A stretch of DNA of 64,000 bases from Asterias rubens (taxonomy: Eukaryota): positions 16,120,001 through 16,184,000 of the forward strand of contig NC_047064.1 of assembly GCF_902459465.1 (NCBI RefSeq), in the 5' to 3' direction. A model generated the notes under the pieces. It searched no databases and was not told where the DNA came from. It saw nothing but the letters and a program-made list of their open reading frames with translations. This document shows positions 42,301 through 54,300 of the stretch, in pieces. The translations under genes and the position numbers were made by a program. Each line of letters begins with the position of its first letter. The stretch's first letter is position 1.

Positions 42301-45300
42301 ACTGGTATTGTCAGCTGGGATGAGTTTAGAGCTTTCTGGATAAGTTGGACAGGAGGCAATATACAGGTATGGTATTTTTGCATCATTTCTTATTTTTTTA
42401 ATTTTTTTATTGACACATATTTCACTCATTTTTACAAAGTGGCGCAACCAGAAACAATCTTTGGTGGGGGCTGGGAAATGGATGCTTCCTTTAAGGGATG
42501 GGGAATGGGGGAGGGAGGGGTTTAACTTTGGCATGATTGGGGTGGGAGGCTCATATTCAAAATAAACTAAAACAGTACTACATCAGCAGATTCTTAAGTT
42601 TTGTCATCCCTCTTCCCCTTTTGATGCTCAGAAATGCTAGTTAGTAACAATATCCCTTCCCTTTTGTTAAATATTGTCCCCCATGAAAATTAAAAATTAT
42701 TGTTTTTAAATCGGCAGATCGTTTGATTCCACACGCCTCATTTTGGTTTCCCTGGTTATTTCACTGAAGTGTTGTTTCCCACACTGTTGTTCAAATTTCA
42801 ATACAAACATTGTTTGAAAGTTTCCAGTAAACACACTTGACCTTTCAATCGTACATTGGTTCACAACATTTCATTTTAACAAATCTTTCTTCCTAATGTT
42901 AGGTTGGTCACGGTGAGGTACCGAGCAACGAGTCAGTCATCATGAGTTGGCATGACGCCAACCCGATGCCTATCCAATATATCGGCTTCACCACGGGGCT
43001 AGGATCACTCGGAGAGTTTAGAATCTGGAAGAAGAAAGGTAGGTCTTGAGGCTTTTGACCTCTAGCTGAGGGTGCCCTACTTAAATGACATCATGTGCCG
43101 ATAAGATCCATTCCTTAAAATACCTTTGTTTCAATGGTATAATTTGTTGTTTGTTTTTGTTGATGATATTGTAATAGGTAGCAATGAGATGTACATCGAA
43201 GCATTCAGACTGACACTGCCACTTAATCACGTACCAGGATCAGAAAGAGCAAATGCTGTTGTAATTGGTGAGAAAATTTGATTCAGGCTGTTTTGCCACT
43301 TCACCTACAGTGACATGATTATCTCTGTTGTTACATTTGTGATGGGATAAAGCTAAATGAGTCGTTTGTTGGGAAAAGTCACTGAAAAGGTGAAATTTTT
43401 ATAATTTTTTTTTTTTTGGGGTCAATTTAAATGCCACAACTTCCTTCCCGATAACATCAAAAAGGGGTTAAAATAGCATTGTAAGAAAATATGCCTATGG
43501 ATGTTCAAAAAACAACTTGACTTTTAGCCCCTTTTTCTCAGGTTTATTCTCTTGGTGTTTCTACTTTCACAACTTTTTCACCAAAGGTATTAACACAGGT
43601 TTTAACAGCATTAAAGCATAGATTTAATTATGCTCTTTTCAAATGTATTAAAAAATTACCTCAGTAGACAATTGACTCATTTTGCTTGATCGCATTACAT
43701 TTTTGCCGTGTCAGTTGAGAAATGTTGATCTCATAATATCGCCACTGCTTCTTCAAGACTTGTTTGATCCATTTCAAAAGGTGGTCGCATTTTTTTGATT
43801 TGCCGAAAATCGAGAGTGAAAATGCCACACAGAAAGTATAATCCCTAATATAATACGAATATCCCACCTTAGAAGCGTAACAACAAATTTTATGGCATAA
43901 ACATTGATATACTTTTACCTCGCCACATTTCTTCTAAGTGAAATGTTTTTCAAAATGCTTAACATAAAATAAGATATATTTTGGCATTCCAATTTACCAA
44001 AGAAATATATCTGTGAAAATTTCACCCCTGTTGTCCCGTTTTTACTCAATCCGCCACATTTTTCGACAAACGACTCATTAACCTTTATCGTATTATAATT
44101 ATTTTCCCTTTCAGGCGATGTGATGGGACCAACCTTAAACAACCTTCACAATCTGATTCGACTGCCGTTTGGCTGCGGAGAGCAGAACATGATTCACTTT
44201 GCTCCCATCGTGTACGTGATGCACTACCTTCAGCACACCAACCAGTTGGATAAAGAGACTGAGATCGAAGCCAATACATTCCTTGTACAAGGTATGCTTA
44301 TTCATTTTGTAACCCTGTAGGACCTGCAGCCGATTTCACGAAATGCTAGGATTAATCCTATCTCGAGTTAGGATGAGTAACTCGTCGTAACATAGGATGG
44401 GTTCGATGTGTCCTAACGTCAACGGATATGGAACTTAACCCGTCCTTAGTCCTAAGATCAATACTAAGTTAGGAAGAGTTTGGTGAAATTTATTCACAAA
44501 AACTTGCTAAGCAGAGAATAGCTTTTAGCAGAAACAGGTTACCTGCCAACATTCGACAATGTTTGCATTGATGCGACTGATGAGCATTGATGCGACTGTA
44601 TTCTCTGCTGAACAGATTTATGAAATTCGGCACTGGGGCCAGTGCAGTTCAACAGGTGGTTTTGTGCTAACTGCTAACTGTGTGATTTCTATTTCAAGTG
44701 GCATGCTAACCTTCAAGCACTTACTGTAAGCAAACAATTGACAAAGGAAGATAATAGCAAGAAAAGTAGCGAGCCAGCTTGTATAAAAATGTTCTGCTAA
44801 CCGTTAGGCAGTGCCATGAAATTTGTCCAAGTTGATAAGTCCGTACATTACACAGGCGCACAAATGCTGAATTCACAAAGTGTTTGCTACTTCAATAATA
44901 ATAACTTTTTGTTTATTGATGGTATTTATATTAACGAAAAATCACTCACTTTGTCGCTCAAAGGCATTTTTTTTTATGACAGAAAACAAAATCATGAACG
45001 GCAAATCCCAAACCATTTTGTTTATACATACATCCTTAAAACCTAAATCGTAAACCTAAAATTTTCCCTCTTTGTGAAAGGATGCTGCTTTCAAATTTAA
45101 GAGCACCTAGAATGAAATGTTCACAATGTTTGTATCTTTTTCTTATTTCTCAGGATATCAGCGTCAGTTGACCTACAGACGGCACTCTGGCTCTTACAGC
45201 GCCTTCGGTGAGAGCGACACCTCAGGCAGCATGTGGTTGACTGCCTTCGTCTTAAAATCCTTCGCCCAGTCGCACCGCTTCATCTACATCGATCCTAAGG

Positions 45301-48300
45301 AGCTTCAGATGAGCAAGCAATGGATCATCTCCCACCAACAGGAAGACGGGTCGTTCCCTCCGGTGGGACGAGTGCTCAACAAAGATATCCAGGTAGAGGA
45401 TTAGGGATTAGTTTAAAGGTAGTAAACACTATTGGTAAATACTCAAAATAATTATTAGCACAAAACCTTACTTTGTAATGAGTAATTGGTAGAGGCTGAT
45501 AGTATAAACCATTGTGAGAAACGGCTCTCTCTGAAGTAACGTAGTTTTTTAGAAAGAAGTTATTTTCCACGAATTTGATTTGGAGACCTCAGAATTAGAA
45601 TTTAAAGCCAGTGGACACTATTGGTAATTGTCAAAGACCAGTCTTCTTACTTGCTGTATCTCAACATATGCATAAAATAACAAACCTGTAAAAATTTGAT
45701 CTCGATTGGTCAGCGGAGTTGCGAGATAACTATGAAAGAAAAAATCACCCTCGTCACACGAAGTTGTGTGCTTTCAGATGCTTGATTTCGAGACCTCAAA
45801 TTCTAAACTTGAGGTCTCGAAATCAATTTTGTGGAAAATTACTTCTTTCTCGAAAACTACTCCAAAACACAGGGAGCTGTTTCTCACAATGTTTTATACC
45901 ATCAACCTCTCCCCATTACTCGTTACAAAGTAAGGTTTTCTGCTAATAATTATTTTGAGTAATTACCAATAGTGTCCACTGCCTTTAAGGTCTCGAAAGC
46001 ATCTGAAAGCACACAACTTCATGTGACAAGGGTGTTTTTTCTTTCATTATTATCTCGCAACCTCGAGGACCAATTGAGCTCAAATTTTAACATGTTTGTT
46101 ATTTTATGCATATTTTGAGATACACCAAGTGAGAAGACTGGTCTTTGATAATTATTAATAGTGTCCAGTGTCTTTAACAGGATGAGAAATTTCAGACTTT
46201 TATCTGAATTCAGACATTTTATCTCTTTCATATCTATAATAAACCTTGAAATGTACTTTCTTTTCTGTTGACTTTGAGCTGCTGACTGTGGCATGCTGGA
46301 GGCCTGGTATAATCTACCAAATCGCTGGTGGCAGTGACGTAGTGAAAGAGTTAAGGAATTCCCTTAGTTATGTTTATTTTCTGATGGTTGTAAGAGTACC
46401 CAGCAAAGATGGCCCAGTCACAAGCTAGATGATGTGTGTCTTCAATCGTCTTCAATTGCCATAAAAGTAATTATCACAGATATTCAGTTAAACACTAAAT
46501 ATCTATTTCATGTTTTAGTTAGCAGAATGGTAATTGCTTAAAAAAATAAATAATAATATCTAAACACAACATCATTTGTTTTCTTATAGGGAGGTATCCA
46601 GGGCAATTCCCGCATTCCCCTTACAGCCTACGTCCTAGTAGCTCTCAGGGAGGCAGGTGTCGAGACAGATGAAGAGAAGAAGGCAGTCAGCACGGCTCAG
46701 AAGTTCCTTGAAGACAACGTCGGCGCTATCGTAGATCCCTACACAGCGGCGCTGACGGCGTATGCCTTGACTCTGCAGAACAGTCAGTATGCCTCTATTG
46801 CCGTCAAGGTGCTGTCGTCCAAAGCTATCAGAAGAGGTGAGACTATTGCTGATGCATTCAGGACTGGTTGATTAAGGGTCAACAAGTTTAATAGTGGAAA
46901 GTATTGAAAGAAAACTGTGTTACAAGTTTCTGACACAATGTTTAGAAAAATGAAGTTTTTCCATTCTTTCCCCCCCCCCCCCCCCGCCTCCCTCTCCAAC
47001 AAACAAAACACGCAAAAATTAATGTCCTTTGTCTGTGCCAACACAAAAATACTCTTCCCTTTTCATGTGTTCCCTCTTCAAAGCTCGTTCCTCATGTGTT
47101 TATACCACCTTCATTTTAGTTTTATTAAAAAATTTTGTTTTTTGTTCAACATACCTGTTTTAGTTAATATGTTTGTTTGTTGTTTTGTTTTTGCTGTTAT
47201 TTCTCTCATTTTGTATTTGTTGGCATTTCAAAACAAGCCATTCTGGCTTCTGTAAATGCCCCAATATTACATTGAATTATTTTAATTTTCACTGTTTTTC
47301 TTTACCAGTTCTTGACTGTCTTTGACTTGAACAATTCGACTTAATTTGTTTTTAATGCTCTGTTTTTCCCCAATATGGAAATAAGTGTTGATTGATTGAA
47401 GAAAAATATATCGTTAAAAGAAATAGTAAGGGCAAGGCTGCAATTTTTTAGGAAAAGACCACTTTGGATTTTAATCGAAGAACTTAATCATAAAATAATT
47501 TATGATCTATAAAGTCCTTCATGATAAGCCAAGAATATTTCAAACACAACACTCTCTTGGTTTCTGATGATTACAGACAGCCTGACCTACTGGCGGCTGA
47601 GCGGTGAAGCCCTGGAATCCCTGCCGTTCTTCTCTCACGTTGGAGACCTGGAGCAGACCGTCACATCGGCCGAGGTCGAGATGACCGCCTACGCTCTCTT
47701 GACTTATACTGCCCTTGGGGATATCGCTTACTCTCTGCCAATTGTTAAGTGGCTAACCCAACAGAGAAATGCACATGGTGGTTTCTCCTCAACACAGGTA
47801 AGTTTTAAAGGCACTGGACACTATTGGTAATTACTCAAATTAATTGTTACTAATACAGCATGCCAGGTTTTTAACATAAGTATACATATTATATACTTCT
47901 TTCTTTTTATACATATCTAGATATATTTTGTAAGTGATTCTAGAACTTCCCCCTCCCCCAGAATGGACTTATCCTAAGAGTGGGAAAAGCTATTTGAATA
48001 TCTATTAAAGGTAGTTGACACTATTGGTAATTACTAAAAATTATTATGGCATTAAACCTTACTTGGTAACGAGTAATGGGAAGCTGTTGATTGTGAGAAA
48101 CTGCTCCCTCTGAAGTGACGTAGTTTTCGAGTAAGAAGTAATTTTCCACGAATTTGATTTCGAGACCTCAGAGTTAAGACTTTGAGGTCTTGAAATCAAG
48201 CATCTGAAAGCACACAACTTCGTGTTACAAGGGTTGTTTTTTCTTTCATTATTATCCCGCAACTTCGATGACCAATTGAGCTCAAACTTTAACATGTTTG

Positions 48301-51300
48301 TTATTTTATGCATATATGTTGAGGTACATCAAGTGAGAAGACTGGTCTTTGACAATAATCAATAGTGTCCAGTGTCTTGAAAGGCACTGGGTAGACACAC
48401 TTGGTAACTACTCAAAATAATTGTCAGCATAAAAACTTTTGGTAATTAACGAAGAGCTGTTGATAGTAGAAAACATTGTGAGAAATGGCTCCCTCAAAAG
48501 TAATGCAGTCTTTGAGGTGCTGTTACAAAATGGCTGTCTCCATAATTCGCCAATATCTTTGTTGCTGGTCAGTCAAAATTTGAAATTAAAGAAATGTAAA
48601 AACCAGGGTTTTTAATAACTAATAACAGTTACCGAGGTTTTCAACTGTTTTGTCGTTGTTTTTTCTCCCTCGTAGGATACGTGTGTTGCTCTTCAGGCCC
48701 TTGCAGAGTATGCAACTCTGGCCTACGTTGGACGGGTCAATCTCAATATCTCTCTTGGCTACACAGACTCTGGTCTACTGGTAGAGGACTACTACCGTCT
48801 GAATAATGATAACAGCAAGGTCTTACAAACAAACAAGGTAAGTCGATCATGGTTTAGAACCAGGAGAGTTTTTTCAATTTTGATGAAGGCAATCAAAGAG
48901 TTCTTGGCTAATTGAACAAAATAATCTGCAGCTTGCCACTTCAACAACTATAAACATTATTTGTGATATTTTCAAGTACGTTCTTCATCCAACAGAAAAA
49001 TCATATGAGCTTGTTTTTTTAAAATAATATAACAACAATATATAGTCTTATATATCTCCCTGAACAGACACAAACATTTTAAGACAGGTTTTGGAAGTTT
49101 CTGAATTATGAGACCGATTTTTAGTTTGATCAACTGCCTTTTTTCATTGTGCGCAAGATAGTAATTTGTTTTAGAAAGCCATGATTGATTAATATGCTAA
49201 AGTGGTGTAAGTCGCACCACTTTATTTACAGCTTTTCCCAACAAAAGTAAGTGGGAGATACAGCGTTGTCTTTGCATTTTACAGGCCACAATAGGCCTAC
49301 AGAGCGTATCCTTCCAAACCATTCAATGGCTGACGTTGAGATTTTCAGAATCGGAAAGAGCACCCTCATTTTACTTGGAAATTGCTTTAACTAAATAAAA
49401 TACAAAAACACATTAATTTTATCGTTTTACCAAGAACTGGTTCACATTGTTATAGGCAAACAGAGTGAGCCAGAGAGTGGTCTTTAGTATGGCTTAAGTA
49501 ATACCGTTTGTATTTATCTTGACTGTAGATTCCAGTATTGACAGAGAATTTGTTTCTTGGTGCATCAGGAGAAGGATGTGGTTTACTACAGGTAAGAGTG
49601 TTCAATAAAGATAATCTATAAATCAAATCATTGATTCTCTACCAGTACAAATGAGCATTTGTGAGGCTACTCTAAAAAAAAACTGCTCTTCTCTGTTTTA
49701 ACAAAATGACAATCGATCTTTCAGTGCCCGCTTTTAATTTGCAGTTTTTGAGGGTTTTTAAAAATTCTGTATAAAAAGAGTAAATAAGTCTGTTGTTTTC
49801 TATATCAATGGCCAAACAGATAATAATAACAATAAAAACAAAGGATGAAAAACTATGTTTTACTTATAAATTTTTGCATCACGTACATGTAGGTTACAGT
49901 GCCTTACACACACTTATTAAAAATAACTTTACAATACAAATTTTTTCAATTGCATTTCTACAGAATAAAAAAAAGTTTGTTTGAAGTATCAGATTGTACA
50001 GTAAAACTAAGTGAAACTAACCCAATTCAAAACTGGAACACAACTTTTCTTGAATCAACAGATCAACATGGAATACAACATCCCAGATCCCACAGGGAAA
50101 CCAGCTTTTAAACTCAACGTGAATATGATCGAGTCTGTGCCCAACCAGACACGCCGTCGCAAACGCTACGTCGACAGCACAACGACGGAGAACCTAGTGC
50201 CGTCTAGCGATGATTATATGGTCACTTTAGAGGTCTGTGCGAGGTGAGTGAGACATACAACTTGTTTTTTTTGAAAAGTCAAGTAAAATAAAATAAAATA
50301 AGAATGAGAAACTGCAATTAACGCTAACTGCAACTTATGCTGATTTGTTTTGAATAATAGTCATAATAATAAAAGTGACCAATTTCTTATGACCCATATA
50401 TCTATTGAGAAATGCAGAAAAAATAACATCGTCTAAAATAGAGATAACTTGAAAAATACTATAGGTTTTCTCGGCCAATTTCGGAAAAAGAGCAGCCAAT
50501 TTAACCATCAGCCTATTCTGTTTCGCACGAAATCGAATGCTACTGAAAAGGGTCATTCGATTTCGTTTTATGATTATTCAAATGTAATGTTGCGTCACTC
50601 GATTTAACAAACTAATCATTCAATTTAACAATTCATCAAAGCAGCATTCAAATTCGCAGACGCTTCTTGAGGCATGTGTGTCACGAAAAAGAATGACGAC
50701 AAGCTAAATTGAACAGAGTGCTAAAGGAATTTGACTCGACTCAAAACGAAATTGAATGGCTGAATTCTGAATTTGAAACGCAGTAACAACCAGAGAGGCA
50801 AAACAGCTTTAATTTGAACGCATGAAAATGAAACTGACTGCTCATTTGCCGAATTCGACCAAGAAAACCTATAATAAGTTTCAACTGAGTTATGAAGCTG
50901 GTTTTAGTGACTTGTAGGAGATATATGTAGTGGTTTCAGTCCATTCACATTTTAATTTGGTATTTTATTAGTACTTTCAATAGTACTATTATCTCCAAGC
51001 ATATAGCTTCCCCTCCCAAGTATTTTATTCACATCACTTCTCAATCCTGTAACATATTTATTTTGTACCGCTTCTGCTTGAACTGTTCTGCCATCTTGTT
51101 CGCTAACTATGAATTTATTGTTGATATATAAATGTATTTTGTGTCAGTGTAGCTGTCATGTCTTAGGTTTGCATGTCCTTTTGTTTGTGTGTTTGTCTGT
51201 TTGTCTGTTTGTTTTGTTAGTCTGGCTGTTTTTTTACAAGCTTCTGCTCATCAAACAGCCCCATGTCAAAACAGCCCCATTTATTTATTACATTTTACAG

Positions 51301-54300
51301 CTTACTGTTATTTGTTGCTTTACTCCATACATGTAGTTAAATGTACTTCTAGATGTTTTTCATTGAAGTGAGGAAAATCTGAATTGAATTGAATTAAACA
51401 GTTTTTTAAATTTATTATGATCAGATGGTTGTATGACGGCTCATCCAACATGGCCGTGATTGAGGTGTCTCTGATCACAGGATTCACAGCTGATATTGAG
51501 AGCTTGGATTTGGTAAGTCTTAACATTTTGCTTTGTTTTTGCATTTAAAGGGTTTGGGTACTTTTTGTGCCACACCAAACACTCACTTTAAACTATGGTT
51601 TAAAGATTGTAGAAAGCTTCCCTTAACATGTTACTTGCTGTGGTGCTGTAATTTTTCTGAAATGAGTAAATCAATTTCACAAAAATAATCTTGTTCTCAA
51701 TGAGTTTTGATCTACAAAGGAAACTAGTCCAACCAGTTCCTCTTTCATTTTGAATACACATTTGAGTAAAAACATTTATTTGTTCCATGTACTCATTTTA
51801 TGCGTATTATTTTCTTGATTGTCTTGTCTTGATTTATTTTTTTGAGACAAATTATAAAAAATTGTATGTGTCTTGAAACCAAATTCCATTGTTATTTTCT
51901 AAGAGCTGTGTATTTATAATATTGTGTGAAAAAGTGTGTCATTTTTTGTCACTGCTTTATTTTATATTGATTGTAATGTTTTCTATATTTTGGATTAAAT
52001 TCAACAATTTGGTTTGCCTCATTGTACTACATTGTCATTTCTAAGAACTGTGTATTTTTAAAAATGTGTGAAAACATTTATTTGTTCCACTGCGCTTTAC
52101 TTTATGTGTTTTGTTTTCTGGTTTTGTTTATTGAGAAAACTTATCATGTTCAAATGCCTCTTGAAACCATATTTTTCCATTTATATTTCTAAGAACTGTG
52201 TATTTTAATAATAACATGTGAAAACATTTATTGATGCTATTGTGCTGTATTTATTATGTATTGTTTTCATTTTTAACTCTTAGATTTCTTTGTTGTTTTG
52301 TGTATGTGCAACGGTGCGCAGCACTTTATTTCATTTGTATTGCTTTCTGTATTTTATTTACAAGTACACCAAAGCTTTAAAAAGCGTTCATAAAGACGTT
52401 TGTACAACTTGTCTCCCTAAAACAACCCTCTCTTTATTCTCCATGTTGTAGCTTCTTCGAGACAAGTACACCAAGGTCAAACGCTACGAGATCGAAGGTC
52501 GTAAGGTCATCCTGTACTTTGATGAGATACCCAGCCAGTGTATGACCTGCGTCAGTTTCGATGCGTACCAAGACTTCTTGGTAGGGAAAACCCATGCTGT
52601 CCCAGTCAAGGTGTATGACTACTATGAGCCTCGTGAGTAGACCTCGTGATTTCATTCTCTCATACATTCATACAAAACATTGTTTTAAGTTTTAAACCTA
52701 GAATTGCCCATTTTTTTTTTTTTAGCTTTTTTAAATTTTTATATTAGAAAAAGCAAATAAGTTTTTCTCACCAAACAGAATGTATCTTGCTGATTTGTGT
52801 TCCTTGGGTACATCCCAAAGTCTATAATATTTCTGTAGTTATAATGCCCTCTCATAATAACAAATGTAACGATTTATGACACTTTTTTAATACATAAAAT
52901 ATCATAGATGGTAGGCCTACATGTATGACAATGGAATTTTTTGGTCCTTTTTAATTATTTTGAAATGGTTATTTAGCTTGCACAATGTGTTTTTTGGTAT
53001 TGCTTGCAATATTACTTCTTCAAATGTTTGCTCCTTTGAAAAAAAAAAAAAAATCCAACTATATTATTATTTAGTTTGCAATTTTATTTTTTCAGTTGAA
53101 CAGTTTTCTGCAGACTCGGAATGAATCTTGGAACAAATCTACAGTGAACTGTAGATTGAGTCAGAATGTAGATGTAAAATCAACCTACCGTTACATTGTA
53201 GATTTGTTAATAATAATCTCAAGGTTTCTCAATAGTGTGACATTGTATAAATGATGTTATTATTATAACATGGTTTTTAGTGATGTGAGTTTTTACTTCT
53301 TCATAATGTGCGTTTTTCACTCATTGCATTTGGATCATCGTTATACATTATCATTTTCCATGTGTCCATTTGTTGTATTTTGTAAGTTGTTGTGTTGTAT
53401 TGTTGATGGCGCCTAGCCTCAACACTCTGTCGTTGGATATGTGTGACCTATACATTTTGCTGTTATTTTTGTATTATTATTACTAATAAACAATTAATTA
53501 CATATTTGTTAACTGATTTTTTTTTTTAAATGTGTATTTTCTTGTAATTTCCTGAATGTAAAGCATTTTGAGACCTTATTAGAAATGCTATATCAAGAAT
53601 AAACTATTATTTAGGCCTTTTATTGTTAACTGAGTATTCCGCTAAATAGCTTCATATTTATATATAAACCAGAAGAAACCTTACATTCATAGCTAAATGC
53701 CAAAGTTCTCACCATTTACATTTTTAGTAATTTATTCTCACGATCAGACTTTGAAGCCTCCAAGTTCTACAATGTGAGTTGGGATAGTCCCCTAGCGAGG
53801 GAGCTGTGTGAGGATGACCACTGTAATCAAGTCCATGAGACCCAAGATAGTGACCACAGCGCTGGTAAGTTGAAACAAAGAAGCCACATAATGTTTGTGT
53901 GTGTGTGATAATTTCCCTTGTTGGTCTGCCTTTTTGTCCTTGGGTGTTGAGGGGGGATGGGTGAATAATGTAAATGCAGAAACACATATGATGCGATCAC
54001 CCATGAGTTGTTTGTTGACCTAGGTCATTCCCTATGTTTGAATTTGTTTGAAATGAGCATAATCTATACTTTAATACTTTCAAAACCCCGTGTTGATATC
54101 ACCTTCAAAAATTGTGAAAGTATAATTAGCAACACCAAGAGATCGGAGATTGAAACTGAGGTAAAAGGGTTTTAAAATGGAGTTGTCTATTGAACTTACA
54201 TCTGCACATTTCAATGCTCATTTGATGTTATTTATCAGGAAGGGACTTGCCAAAAAAATTCACCCCTGTTGGCCCGTTTTGTTATGTTTCCCCATAGGCC

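Noticed and set aside
12940-46985. Long G/C homopolymers (12940, 16457, 20138, 20418, 46970) as G-quadruplex regulators
   Set aside because: Simple runs, mostly within repeats, of uncertain length in the assembly; no positional pattern.
47578-47580. Alternative acceptor CAGACAG for exon 30
   Set aside because: A 4-nt shift would frameshift the thioester domain; at most splicing noise.
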